From contig CAVYNY010000019.1 of NCBI GenBank assembly GCA_963769935.1, forward strand, positions 32,001-96,000: DNA of 64,000 nucleotides, in the 5' to 3' direction. The stretch is from an uncultured delta proteobacterium. GTDB taxonomy: Bacteria; Desulfobacterota; Desulfobacteria; Desulfobacterales; JAFDCJ01. Both the position numbers and the translations under genes were made by a program. The first letter of the stretch is position 1, and each line of letters opens with the position of its first letter. The notes below the pieces were generated by a model that was given only the letters and a program-made list of their open reading frames with translations, ran no database searches and had not been told where the DNA came from. Of this stretch, positions 31,489 through 42,205 are shown one piece after another.

Positions 31489-33450
31489 CTAATATGCCAA
31501 TCGCTCCAGAGACTTGAGAATCAGCGTAATTCCCATGGCAAACATACCGGTCAATCCCATGCCGCAGGAAAAACCGGCCAGAAGCACCGGCGCATACTGC
31601 CGCCACACGGCGCCGTAACGCTTCAAAAAGAAAAAGCGCCCCAGCAGGGCTCCGACAACTTCCAGAATAAGCCCGTGGGGTGTACTCTGCCCCAGTCCGC
31701 GCACCATCCCGTAGACCAGCATGATCGGCAGTCCGAACAGGGTTAAGATCCCGTAAGTGACAACCCCCAGGCCCAGGCCCGCCAGCACATGCGTCCCGCT
31801 GAGGGCCTGGTAGAAAAGAGAATTGCCCTCCAGGGTGGAAGTCTGCATCAACAGCGTGTTCAACGCCTGCAAATGCCACAATTCCTGGGCATAGGGGTAG
31901 GCACTGGATGGAATCGGAGCTAAACGCCAGATGAATTGAGAAAACAGCAAGCTGGCCACCATCACGATGGGAAAAACCACAATTTCAGATTTGATGATGC
32001 CGCGAATGCTCGTACCGGTCAGTTCGATCTCGCGAAAACTGACCGTCGCCTTGCCGTAATTGTGGATCGGTATGGGTGCATACCAGATCTCAAGGCCGTG
32101 GTAACCGAAATACTTGGCGCCGGCAATGAAACTGGCTTCACGCACCAGCGGCAGACTGACAAACTGCCCGGCAATACCTTCCATGCGCGCGGTAATATAA
32201 GAGACAATCGGGGTGTAGATAAATCCGTAAGCCAGAAAGAACATCACCGGAAAGTGGGGAACCAGCCAGACGCACAACAGCACGTATGACGTGGTTGAAA
32301 AAACATAAATCCCGATCGAAATCCAGAAATTAAAATCCCCCCGGCCCGGAGGCGGGCGAAAAAGATCCTGCAAGGTGCCGCGCTGGGCCGCACTGGATTT
32401 GCTGAAAGATCGCAGAACATGCCAGATGCCGATCAAAGCAATGGCCAACCCCAGGCCGATGCCGAAGCTCAGGTAGAAATCGAAATTATTGGCAAAGATT
32501 GTATCGACCGTCAACATCCCCGGATGCCAGCGAGTCAGGATTCCATGGTGGTACAAAATCGGATTTGCCACAATGGTAATGATCAGCCCCACCAACCCGC
32601 CGATGACCGCCCAGAAAGGCAAGACCATTCCGATGAAAACCAAACCGAGGTCCAACTGAATGCCGGTGGCCACCGCCGGAAGAATATCCTCGGTATGCCC
32701 GGTCAATTCAACCCACGGTATGGGAATCAGTCGAATCGGTTCCAGAAGGATTAGACCGGAAACGGTGGGCAGCAAAACATAGATCGCTCCGAAAGCCAGC
32801 CCGATCACTCCGCCGATGGAAAACACGCGCCATTTCCAGCTTTTCTCCTTATCTTCGGCCGATTCAGCCAGCGCCATAGTTCCCAGAGCCGCCACCGGCG
32901 CCATGGGAAACGGCAGTTTTTCGACATCGGAGGTGATTCGAAAAAGGGCATAGCCCAGTCCGAACTGGTCGATGCGTTGGATAATCTGGGTTCCAATGAG
33001 CAGCAGGATTGGAATCAGCCAATCGCGATGATAAAAAGTCCGCTCCAACAGCGATGAAGAGTCCGGCGACGGTGCCACCCAGGAGGGAATCAAATCCGTC
33101 AGACCCAGCATCCGGGCCGCATCGGATTGCACGAGGTATTGGTTCCACAATAGGCCTTGAAACGGCGTATGCAGAGCTGCGCCGGCCATATAGTACAGCA
33201 GGAAAATTTCCTGCTGCTTCAGGTCACTGTAGGAACGCTTGGCCAGCTCGGCAAAAAGAATAATGGTTACCCAGCGAGCTGCCGGCCCGATTCCGGTGCC
33301 GATAACCAGCTGCAGATACATACTGCCCGGCATCATGAGAAAGCCGATAAAAATCGCCCCCACAACCGTCTTCCAGTTAAACCCCTCCTCGAAATGATCC
33401 GGGGTCTTTAAAAGATCTCTATACTCCTGAAGTTCTTTATCTTCGTACAT
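31489..33450 (-). CDS. OPT-superfamily-like 'peptide transporter' membrane protein
   Basis: 653 aa, many TM segments; LKQQEIFLL and VEKLPFPMAPV motifs typical of OPT relatives. Confidence 0.75.
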   Translation of the reverse strand: MYEDKELQEYRDLLKTPDHFEEGFNWKTVVGAIFIGFLMMPGSMYLQLVIGTGIGPAARWVTIILFAELAKRSYSDLKQQEIFLLYYMAGAALHTPFQGLLWNQYLVQSDAARMLGLTDLIPSWVAPSPDSSSLLERTFYHRDWLIPILLLIGTQIIQRIDQFGLGYALFRITSDVEKLPFPMAPVAALGTMALAESAEDKEKSWKWRVFSIGGVIGLAFGAIYVLLPTVSGLILLEPIRLIPIPWVELTGHTEDILPAVATGIQLDLGLVFIGMVLPFWAVIGGLVGLIITIVANPILYHHGILTRWHPGMLTVDTIFANNFDFYLSFGIGLGLAIALIGIWHVLRSFSKSSAAQRGTLQDLFRPPPGRGDFNFWISIGIYVFSTTSYVLLCVWLVPHFPVMFFLAYGFIYTPIVSYITARMEGIAGQFVSLPLVREASFIAGAKYFGYHGLEIWYAPIPIHNYGKATVSFREIELTGTSIRGIIKSEIVVFPIVMVASLLFSQFIWRLAPIPSSAYPYAQELWHLQALNTLLMQTSTLEGNSLFYQALSGTHVLAGLGLGVVTYGILTLFGLPIMLVYGMVRGLGQSTPHGLILEVVGALLGRFFFLKRYGAVWRQYAPVLLAGFSCGMGLTGMFAMGITLILKSLERLAY

Positions 33451-33464
33451 GAGCCGTGTTCCGT

Positions 33465-33877
33465 GCTACGGGTTGCGGGTTACGAGTTGCGTGGTGCGCG
33501 TTGCGCGGTGTGCAGTGTGTTGCGCGGCGCGGGTTACGCACTGTACATCGCGTATCCTGAGTAAGGCATTTCGTTAGCAACATTGCTTTTTATCCCGTTT
33601 AGTTCCATTCCTTTTCGACGTATTGAACGAAGTTATCAATTTTCTCTCTACGGTCCATATTGATGAAGTTTCTGCGAGAACTTATGTATTTTCACAGCTA
33701 AATCATATGATGCAGAATCAATCAAAAATGCCAGTGATTTTCGTCGGAACTGCCAAAGTTCAATGCAATATTTTATGCAATTATCGGGTTGACCGAATCT
33801 CTCACCTCGTTGCTGGCAATACGATTTTCGCAACCCGCACCTCGCACCTCGCACCTCGCAACCCGCAACCCGCATCT
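33465..33877. repeat. Inverted pair of degenerate heptamer arrays flanking an AT-rich spacer
   Basis: gcgggtt/acgagtt/gcgcggt units at about 33465-33540; complementary aacccgc/acctcgc units at about 33829-33877. Confidence 0.75.
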
Positions 33878-35916
33878 CAATTCGGCAATACCAGGTAGCT
33901 CGAATAACTGAACAATCCGTAAATGGCCCAGGAACCGGCCATCAGGAAATCGCCGATGATCAGGCCGATAAAAAAATTGCGCAGCTTTTTAAACAACCCC
34001 ACCCCGCCGTAGCGCATGCACAGTGCATTGCAAAGCCATCCGACGAAAAAGCTGAACCACAGGATTCGCATGGCAGAACTGTACGCGGTTAAATAGCCGA
34101 TGGGATGTATCGGCCACCAGTAAAACCGATGGTAGCAGATCACTAAAATCAGCATCACGAAGGCACCGGCCAGGGTGAATATTGTCACCCACTTGCTGGT
34201 TTCGATCGGCATTTCGATCAGGCTGTATACGTTGTCGTAAACCGCCACAGTTGTTTGGGTAGCCCAATCGAGCTCGAGCTCGCGCACACCGTATTTGTAG
34301 CACAGCGCAAGCATGGCCAGAAACGATACAATGATCCCGGCCATCAGCGTCAACATGATAAAGAAAAATATCCGGTGATTGTTTGAGGTTTTGTCCGTCA
34401 CCTTGCGGGCATGCAGCAGCGACGGCATGAGAGACTCCCGCAAATCAACAAAAAGCATTTTTTGAACGACAGCTGCCACAACAAGGCCGACGCTGGTGAA
34501 ATACCGGGTGCCGAAAAAAGCGATGACACCATCCAGCGGCGCTGCTGTCAGGGTAAAATACGCAATCCCGCCCTGGCAAATCACCCGAGTGGCCACCAGG
34601 GTAAAAAGGAAGAAAGCGCCGACCACCACAAAAGAAAAGAGGAACGGGATACCGAAATATGAGCACCAGATCACAATCGCAAATCCGCCGCCGACAGCCC
34701 CCCAGAATGCCAGTCGGGTGGAAATCCACTCCTGCTCTAAATTTTCATCCCTTTCAAGGCCGAAGCCTTTTCGCAGCATCTCCAGAAAATGAAACCGCGC
34801 CAGCCAGGCCAGAAACACGAAAAACACCAGATATGCGCCGATCATCTGAGTTTCTTCGGGTCGCGCTATGGTTGGGCCGAAGGTTACCCCCAGCGCCGCC
34901 TCCGGTATGTTTAGACCGAAGATGTATAGCAAGCCGATAAGCAGCGCTCCGGCAATATAGAACAGCCAGAATGAAAAGGATACCTGCTTGGACGTCAGAA
35001 AGGCGAATCCAATAAAAGCCGGATAAATATAGATTTTAAGTTTATAGAAGCCTGAAAAAAGACCCTGCTTGGGAAAATAATTGCCGGCCAGAACCAAGGT
35101 GGGAATCGACGGAACCGATGGATTGTAAAAATTCAGTCCGTTAATCAGGTGCAGACATACCGGCAATAAAATGCCGGCCAGCATAAATCGATTGGCGAAA
35201 AAACGACCCAGTTGATTATTGTCAAAGGCCTCCTGCATCAACAGCGGAACCTGGAGCAGAGGAAAATTCATCCGTTCGTGGTATAGTCCCTGTTTGCTCA
35301 AAAGGCTGACAATGCAGGCCAGCACGATATAGCACAGGAAAACAAACCCCGCCCATCCAAGCAGCGGTCCCAGCCAGGCATCCCAGGGGATGTTCGCCAG
35401 GACCTCCAGCCATCCCATCTGCCGGCCGTCGGTCAATCCGTTGTAAAGTTCTTCAATGGCTTCCTGACTTTGAGGATACCAGCTTTGGGGCAGCAGGGGC
35501 TGCAGGACTTGTTCCCAGCGGTTTTCAACCGTAGCGAAGTGATAGGGTGCCGTTAAATTGATGAAAAAGGTGCGCACCAGGCCGGTCCAGGCGATGCCGG
35601 ATAACAAAACCATCAGAGACCAGGAAACCAACAGTTCTTTGCCGGTCAGCAGACCCCGGCCTTTGAAAATTGTCCGGATTACGGCGGTAAAGATCATCAG
35701 CCAGATCAGTAAATAAAACGGTGCCAAAGGAAAATGGCCTCCGCCCAGGGGGGTCCCCTGCCGATAGGCATTGTTGAAAGGCGTGATGATGCAAATCGCA
35801 AGGGCCAGACAGGAGCCCAGCAATAAGGCGCGCAATCGGATCTTATCGCCGGAGGATGCCTCAACGGCCCGGGATTTCGATTCCTCAGTCAAAATGCTGT
35901 TTTGGCTTTCGGTCAT
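33877..35916 (-). CDS. Polytopic membrane protein, DUF6785/DUF6784-like (OPT-related)
   Basis: About 679 aa; LTGKELL, W.AWLGPL, ERMNFPLLQVP, WWPIHPIGY, FIGLIIGD. Confidence 0.75.
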   Translation of the reverse strand: MTESQNSILTEESKSRAVEASSGDKIRLRALLLGSCLALAICIITPFNNAYRQGTPLGGGHFPLAPFYLLIWLMIFTAVIRTIFKGRGLLTGKELLVSWSLMVLLSGIAWTGLVRTFFINLTAPYHFATVENRWEQVLQPLLPQSWYPQSQEAIEELYNGLTDGRQMGWLEVLANIPWDAWLGPLLGWAGFVFLCYIVLACIVSLLSKQGLYHERMNFPLLQVPLLMQEAFDNNQLGRFFANRFMLAGILLPVCLHLINGLNFYNPSVPSIPTLVLAGNYFPKQGLFSGFYKLKIYIYPAFIGFAFLTSKQVSFSFWLFYIAGALLIGLLYIFGLNIPEAALGVTFGPTIARPEETQMIGAYLVFFVFLAWLARFHFLEMLRKGFGLERDENLEQEWISTRLAFWGAVGGGFAIVIWCSYFGIPFLFSFVVVGAFFLFTLVATRVICQGGIAYFTLTAAPLDGVIAFFGTRYFTSVGLVVAAVVQKMLFVDLRESLMPSLLHARKVTDKTSNNHRIFFFIMLTLMAGIIVSFLAMLALCYKYGVRELELDWATQTTVAVYDNVYSLIEMPIETSKWVTIFTLAGAFVMLILVICYHRFYWWPIHPIGYLTAYSSAMRILWFSFFVGWLCNALCMRYGGVGLFKKLRNFFIGLIIGDFLMAGSWAIYGLFSYSSYLVLPN

Positions 35917-35941
35917 CAATCCTTCTTTTTGGTTTCAGTTA

Positions 35942-38900
35942 TCAAGGCCGCATGCCTAATTCTTCTTCCGCACTGATTAACAGCCGTTCGTAGTGTGCTT
36001 TCGTAGGGTCGTCAAAGGAGCGCCATAGCAATAATTGCTTGCGGACATCATGCAGAAAGGCTTTGTTGATCCGGCGCCAGGCATTGGCTTCGCCCGACTC
36101 ACGAATGAGTTGAACGTAAATTTCCAAAAATCCAGCCTCGTTTACAGCCGGTCTGAATATAATCGCCACCCGCTGCATGATTCCGAAATCAAAGGGTGCC
36201 AGCCAGACCCGTGCTTTTAACCGAAGGCATTGATCATATTCACATGCGCCTTCCGTACAATCATACCCGTCTTCAGTCAAACCGGGTGCTTTCTCGCAGA
36301 CAAAATCGAATTCGATATCGGCGGTGGAAAACATGCCATGGGAAATATCCTGGTGTCCCTCGAAATATTCATATATAAAGCCCCCGATACTGCGGTGCTC
36401 CTTGTAAGTCATTAAAAACGGGAGGGTCATTTCCATTTCATTGCCCCGCGCCTGGGGCATCGACCAGGAGCGGTTTACATCGGGCATCGCAATCTCGCCG
36501 GCCACTTTAGCGGGATAAATTACCGAAATCAGCACCACGACGATAACCAGAATCATGGCGGCAACACCGGACAGCGAAGAGTAATTCACGGTAATGCCCG
36601 ACCACAGAGCAGTCTCGGCAAAAAGTTTGGCGGAGGTTTGGGCCAGCAAATATCCGAACACCACGCTTAAGACGGCAAATGCCAGGGCCTCGGCAATGAA
36701 AAGAAAGGCTACATGGGACGGTGCCAGCCCCACCGAGGTATAGATCCCGATTTCACGCTTGCGCTCATAGACACTGCCGATCATGGTATTCAGGACAATA
36801 AATACAGAAATAATCAGCGGAATTATAATGTTGGGCACCCCGCTGTAATTCATGGTATCGCTGGCATGGTAAAGGTAGGTGCCGTCCTTTTCTCCGCTGA
36901 ACAGAGACAGTCCGAAGCGATCATTCAGAGTTTGAGCTGCAGTCGCGATCGATATGCCGGAGGGGGGTCGCACGGCGACGGCCTTTAAATGCCCCCCGGC
37001 CGCCAGCAGAAAGCGGTACGGCACGATGAGGGTCAAATCGCCGGCCACATGTTGATAGCGGCTCTGAAATTCCCGCACTTCATCGCCGGATTCCAGTGCT
37101 TCTTCTTCCACTTCGGTCAGCTCGGATGACATTTCCCGCGGAAAGGTGACCGGCGTTATGGGTTCGCCGTCCAGATCAACGTTCTCCTGCAATTTCCGGC
37201 CGGAAAAAATACCGACTACCTGAAACGGCATTCCCCAGAGATAAACGGTATGGTGCTGCGGCCGGGAAAGATCAATGTTCAATTGCTCCGCCATCCGCTC
37301 GGGCAAAAGTACGGCCTGCTCATCGCTTGGAAGCAGCCAGCGTCCCGCCACAAGAATTTTATCGAGTCCCGAGACCTGCGGTTCTTCAGCTGAAAGTCCC
37401 ACCATTCCCTGGGCTTCAGCAACACGGCCGTTGCGCATGACAGGAATACGATTGGTGCGAGTCCGATCTTCGTCTTCCAACCACACCCGGGGCACGACAA
37501 CAGCTTGATCGTCAAAGGCGTCGGCAATCATGCTGAAAGCTTTGGGCGGCAAACTTCTCCAATTGACGTTTTTTAACAGAAACCCCTGGTAGGGCGTCCG
37601 GCTGCTATACAAAACGCGAAAATGCCGCCGCATGGATTTAGCGGAAGTAAAACTCATGATCGTAAATGTCAAAATGACCAGCGTGGCACAAGTCAACGCC
37701 GTGCGCAAACGCCGACGTCTCAGGTTGCTGACGCCCAGCAGGAAGGCAGCTACGAATGCTTTCCAGCGGCCGATTTCACCGGATTGAACCACCTGGGCGC
37801 GAGTCTGAAGACGCTTCATTTCTTCCTCAAAGCGGAAGAAAATGATCAGCGTTACGATTAAGGAAAGTCCCATAATAAGGAATGCCAGAATGACAACCAT
37901 GGGACTATAGGCCAGCTGAAACGCGGGATGAACATTGTAGATCACAATGATCAGCGCCAGCAGGATGCTGCTGAAGGCAACGATACGCTTGTAAATATTG
38001 GCATAGCAAAACAGCAACCGTTCCAGACAGAAGGCAAAGGGAACAAACAGCGCAATGTAAAACAGCACACCGTAGAGAACATCTTTCTGGGTTTTTTCGA
38101 CGTCATCGTAAACCCGGCTGGCCAGGGCCCACGAGCCCTCGGCGGCTTCGAAAAATTTGCCGTACTGCTTGTTCTTTAAAGCAGATTCCGCGCTGCTCAA
38201 ATCCTTCTCTCCCGTCTGATGGAGGCTGCGAATGCGTTCGTTGTAGATGCCCCGCTCCTCCAGGTTGGCAATGCGCGGCGTCAGCAAGGCCCACATGTCC
38301 CGGGCGATTTTGTACTCAGTGCGATATAAAATCGGCCACTTATCAACCAGATAGCCCGTGCCTTGAGGGTTTTCGGCGTTGGCATTGAGCAGGATCAATT
38401 TTTTGCGCAGAATACTGTCGGAAAGCGTTATTTTCAGCGGTGTGCCGGCTTCCAGAAATACGGTCGTGATGCTGGAAGCGTTGCGGTAAAAAGAAACCCA
38501 GGTGTCGAGACGGCTCATAAAATAGTGCAGCGGTTCGGACTCGCGCCGGCCGTCAAGGATTTCTCCTCTATGCAGGTAGCGGAAAGTACGCGGCTCCATG
38601 AGATCAAACAGCGTTATGCCCTTGCAGGCGAACATAATCAGATCGGTTTCCATATGGCGGCGAAACATTTTCACCCGATAGGCATCTTTTCCGGTCTGCT
38701 TTTTGTCGATCGTCCATTGAATGTCACCGGTCATCGCGTCGAATTTATACCCTTCGAATATCACCTTGTGATAGCTGTTTTTTTTATCGGCCACGCCGCG
38801 CAGATGAAACTTTCCCATGTGGTCCACCATCACATAGTATCTGGCCGGACCCTGATAGCAAAGCAGCACGGTTCCCGGAGCCGGTTGATCGGCAAACAAC

Positions 38901-41029
38901 TCGCCGTGCCGTAAAAATTTGGCACTGCCGTTAATTTCACCAAATCCATTGCGCGGATAAATTCCTTCCTGCACCGCGGGCACCCGGGTCAGATATTGAA
39001 TCAACCCTGTCACCACGGCACTTTGGCGGAGAGCGAATCCAAAATCAACGTTTGCGGGCACATCGTGGGGGGTACCCCAGGCAGCGCGCGCATCGTTGAT
39101 GGTGACGAAGGTGAATCCATGATAACCGGCCAGAGCGGTAACCTCTCCGCCCAGAGGCGGCTGGTCCAGAAAGTAGCTCTGCCAGGATCGACGCTGACTC
39201 GGACGCAGGGTATCTTTGTACATTGCGGGAATCCCGAGTGACTTCTCAACATCCTGCGCACCCTTTTGCAGAATCTCTGCCAGCAAGGAATAAGCAGCGG
39301 TGCGGTTGATCCTTTCACGAAGGGGATACTGCCAGCCGTAATCGAACGCTCCGAAACCGTTCCCGTGACTGGAAAGGTGGAGCGACACGGCGGCGACCAG
39401 ATCGTAGACCTTGGCCTTGCCGCGAAATGATCGGGCGCTGCCGATCAGATCCAGCTGGGTTCTGGCATCGGCCAGAATGGCCCCCTGCTCATCGATCGCC
39501 CGCGGCACCATACGGGTCAGCACCTGTTGCTCCTCGGGCGATAATCCCGTAAAGCTCGGCATCCAGACCAGCCGCCTCAGCAACTGTCTTTCAGAGACCA
39601 AGTCTTTAATAACTTTCTGGTTGGCCGCGGTGTTTTCCTGCAGCCGAAGCCGCATCAAGCGGCGGGAAATTTTATCGGATTCAGTCTTTATTTGTTCTTC
39701 AAGGGCCATTTGGGCCAACGTTTGACTCTCGTTGTCCGCCGAATCTTCAGCCGCTGGTTTATCAAATGTTGCATGCTCCAGGGCCTTGATGGTTTTGCGG
39801 GTTTTCTTGATCAGAGCCTCTGATTCCCGCTTCATGTCACGCTGTATTATTGTCCGCGTCGTTAAACTCCAGACCAGTTCGCGCATCCCGGCCAGGGCCT
39901 GGGCATGGCCGCCGGTAGCCACCAGAATAACCGTTCTTTGCGGAGGATTATCCTTCAGATGTTGGGCTAAATACAGAAGTGTGGCCACGCCGCAGGCCTC
40001 ATCCGCACCAGGCGACAGTCCGGCTACCCAGGCCGAACTGTCATAAAAAGCGTCCACCATCACGGCCTGCTCCTGTAGTTTTGGGTCGGTCCCGGGGATG
40101 ATAGCGTAGATATTTTGGGAAATCACCTGTTCCCATTTTATTTCCGATGTCAGACGGACATTTTCGGCGACCCGTCCGGCGGGTGTTGTTTCAAAACCGG
40201 GAATAAGCTCCTGGAGACGATCCGACGAGATCCAGAAGCGCGGAAACTGAATTGGAGAAAGCTCAAACTTATCTTCAAAGAAGAATTTGGCGGAGTTGCC
40301 GCGGTCCACGTAGATCAAAGCTTTGGCCCCCAGATCGGCGGCATAAAGCCAGTTTTTACCGGATTCAAGCTCCATCAGGATGATCGATCCCTCTATATCT
40401 TTGCCTCTTAGGTCATCGAAACCACCGTTGCCGACGTAAATCAGGGGCGCCTGAATTCCGGTGGGCGGAATGGTCTGAGGCGCAACGGCGTTGCCATGGA
40501 TCGGTCTAATGGGAAGCGTGATAGCGCGATCTGCAATGGTCATCGCACTGTTTTTCGCTTTGACGACGGCAACTTCGAATTTTTGAGAATCGACCGTCTC
40601 AAAACCGAGAGCCGCAAAGCGGTCTTTTATATAGTCAGCTGCTGTACCGTTGCCGCTGCTGCCCGAAGATCGGTCCCCAAAAGAGGACAGTTCTTCCACC
40701 GTTTCCCGGAAGACTTTCCGATTCTGATCGGAAATTTCCGCCAGGGCGATAGGTCCGGAAGTGAAGAAAGTAAAAAGGAAGATCCCAATGCACAGGAGTA
40801 CTTTACGGCCGGCGGCCCGCGGCCGGCGGGATGCGGAATACTGGATGCCGGATGCTCGATACTCGATGCTCGATGCTGGATGCTGGATACTCGATGCTCG
40901 ATGCTCGGTACTGGATGCTCGATGCCTGCTGCTGGATACGCGGTGCGCGGTATTCAATCCAGGATAGCGAGATTCATGGCTTGGCGGAGACGCCGTTAAC
41001 GTATGATTGGGCAGAAGTTCTTTTTTCAT
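35942..41029 (-). CDS. Giant FtsX/MacB-type permease fused to an N-terminal M28-peptidase-like/PA domain
   Basis: Signal-like segment, GDRSSGS, PA-like insert, NIYAIIPG...AFYDS...GAD; NLRRRRLRTALT; SVYERKREIGIYTSVGLAP FtsX motif; start uncertain. Confidence 0.85.
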   Translation of the reverse strand: MKKELLPNHTLTASPPSHESRYPGLNTAHRVSSSRHRASSTEHRASSIQHPASSIEYRASGIQYSASRRPRAAGRKVLLCIGIFLFTFFTSGPIALAEISDQNRKVFRETVEELSSFGDRSSGSSGNGTAADYIKDRFAALGFETVDSQKFEVAVVKAKNSAMTIADRAITLPIRPIHGNAVAPQTIPPTGIQAPLIYVGNGGFDDLRGKDIEGSIILMELESGKNWLYAADLGAKALIYVDRGNSAKFFFEDKFELSPIQFPRFWISSDRLQELIPGFETTPAGRVAENVRLTSEIKWEQVISQNIYAIIPGTDPKLQEQAVMVDAFYDSSAWVAGLSPGADEACGVATLLYLAQHLKDNPPQRTVILVATGGHAQALAGMRELVWSLTTRTIIQRDMKRESEALIKKTRKTIKALEHATFDKPAAEDSADNESQTLAQMALEEQIKTESDKISRRLMRLRLQENTAANQKVIKDLVSERQLLRRLVWMPSFTGLSPEEQQVLTRMVPRAIDEQGAILADARTQLDLIGSARSFRGKAKVYDLVAAVSLHLSSHGNGFGAFDYGWQYPLRERINRTAAYSLLAEILQKGAQDVEKSLGIPAMYKDTLRPSQRRSWQSYFLDQPPLGGEVTALAGYHGFTFVTINDARAAWGTPHDVPANVDFGFALRQSAVVTGLIQYLTRVPAVQEGIYPRNGFGEINGSAKFLRHGELFADQPAPGTVLLCYQGPARYYVMVDHMGKFHLRGVADKKNSYHKVIFEGYKFDAMTGDIQWTIDKKQTGKDAYRVKMFRRHMETDLIMFACKGITLFDLMEPRTFRYLHRGEILDGRRESEPLHYFMSRLDTWVSFYRNASSITTVFLEAGTPLKITLSDSILRKKLILLNANAENPQGTGYLVDKWPILYRTEYKIARDMWALLTPRIANLEERGIYNERIRSLHQTGEKDLSSAESALKNKQYGKFFEAAEGSWALASRVYDDVEKTQKDVLYGVLFYIALFVPFAFCLERLLFCYANIYKRIVAFSSILLALIIVIYNVHPAFQLAYSPMVVILAFLIMGLSLIVTLIIFFRFEEEMKRLQTRAQVVQSGEIGRWKAFVAAFLLGVSNLRRRRLRTALTCATLVILTFTIMSFTSAKSMRRHFRVLYSSRTPYQGFLLKNVNWRSLPPKAFSMIADAFDDQAVVVPRVWLEDEDRTRTNRIPVMRNGRVAEAQGMVGLSAEEPQVSGLDKILVAGRWLLPSDEQAVLLPERMAEQLNIDLSRPQHHTVYLWGMPFQVVGIFSGRKLQENVDLDGEPITPVTFPREMSSELTEVEEEALESGDEVREFQSRYQHVAGDLTLIVPYRFLLAAGGHLKAVAVRPPSGISIATAAQTLNDRFGLSLFSGEKDGTYLYHASDTMNYSGVPNIIIPLIISVFIVLNTMIGSVYERKREIGIYTSVGLAPSHVAFLFIAEALAFAVLSVVFGYLLAQTSAKLFAETALWSGITVNYSSLSGVAAMILVIVVVLISVIYPAKVAGEIAMPDVNRSWSMPQARGNEMEMTLPFLMTYKEHRSIGGFIYEYFEGHQDISHGMFSTADIEFDFVCEKAPGLTEDGYDCTEGACEYDQCLRLKARVWLAPFDFGIMQRVAIIFRPAVNEAGFLEIYVQLIRESGEANAWRRINKAFLHDVRKQLLLWRSFDDPTKAHYERLLISAEEELGMRP
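40830..40955. repeat. Degenerate heptamer tandem array (GATGCTC-type, 18 units)
   Basis: gatgccg gatgctc gatactc gatgctc gatgctg...; 126 bp in strict 7-bp register. Confidence 0.9.
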
Positions 41030-41195
41030 TTTAAGGAATCCAGACCCAGTATCCAACAATCCGACACCAGAAGACCGAAGCCGGAGGTCGGAAGTCAAAT
41101 TACGGACATAATTTGCCTTATGACTTGAGCCTAAAGCCCACCGCCGGCCAAATCCAGCATCAATTATCCAGTATCGAGCATCCAGCAGCCAGCAG

Positions 41196-41933
41196 CTATT
41201 CCCGCGTCCCGATTTGCCCGATGGAAATTGACAGCTCTTCACGATCTTCGATTTTATCGACCCGTCCGTCCCGGACCCAAACCACCTGGTCGGAGACATT
41301 CAGCATTTTGAAGTCGTGGGTAGCAGATATGACGGTTACGCCGCGTTCCTGGCTCAGCCGCTTGAGCAGCGCTATGATTTCTTCGCCGGTTGTCAGATCC
41401 AGGTTGCCGGTCGGCTCATCAGCCAGAATGATGGCCGGATCATTGGCCAGCGCGCGGGCAACCGCAACCCGCTGCTGCTGTCCGCCGGAGAGCTCAAATG
41501 GTTTATGGCTGAAGCGGTCGCCCAGCCCCACCAATTCCAGGAGCTGCATGCCTTTTTCGACCGCAGCATCGTTGTGCATGCCGGCAAAAATCATCGGAAG
41601 GGTCACGTTTTCCAGAGCGGTCATAACCTGGATGATGTTAAAGGTCTGGAAAATATAGCCGATTTTGCGACAGCGCAGCCACGCCAGTTCGTAGGCATCC
41701 AACTGGGCGATATCAACCTCATCGATGAAGACCTTGCCGCTGGTCGGCTTGTCCAGACCGCCGATCATGTTAAACAGGGTACTTTTGCCGGACCCCGACG
41801 GCCCCATAATGGAAATGTAGTCACCTTTGGCAATTTCAAGGTTAACGCCTTTGAGGGCCTGCACTTCGATCTTTCCCAGCTTGAACACTTTGGTGACATT
41901 TGAAACGCGCACCACATTAGCAGCTTCTGCCAT
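41196..41933 (-). CDS. ABC ATP-binding protein (LolD/MacB-type)
   Basis: GPSGSGKST, GYIFQTFN, LSGGQQQRVA, LADEPTGNLD, ATHD. Confidence 0.95.
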   Translation of the reverse strand: MAEAANVVRVSNVTKVFKLGKIEVQALKGVNLEIAKGDYISIMGPSGSGKSTLFNMIGGLDKPTSGKVFIDEVDIAQLDAYELAWLRCRKIGYIFQTFNIIQVMTALENVTLPMIFAGMHNDAAVEKGMQLLELVGLGDRFSHKPFELSGGQQQRVAVARALANDPAIILADEPTGNLDLTTGEEIIALLKRLSQERGVTVISATHDFKMLNVSDQVVWVRDGRVDKIEDREELSISIGQIGTRE

Positions 41934-42205
41934 GGTTAAACTCCGATTCACGTAGTTTGAAGAGCGCTTCGCTTGAGGAGCGGCCTGCGGCCTTAAGGAG
42001 CAGCCCTGCGGGCTTTGAGGCAATAAAGGTCTGATCGGTTCCGCGAATTTGAAGTAGCTACCCAACCTCCCTGCTTCTTCCTCAGACTCTTGCGTTACTC
42101 CTTTTTCCAATTTCCGAATTTCGGCTTCAAACCTCCAATTCTGTCTTCATTCCTCTGTCATCTGCCTTCTGCCCTTTGCTCTCTGCTCCTTGCCCTCTGC
42201 GGTTA

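Noticed and set aside
33560..33825. Cargo gene between the inverted heptamer arrays
   Set aside because: Short ORFs on both strands lack good starts and recognisable motifs; at most a decayed remnant.
41030..41299. N-terminal 90 aa of the 1785-aa ORF
   Set aside because: Overlaps the ABC ATPase gene and runs through repeat DNA; probably just an open-frame extension.
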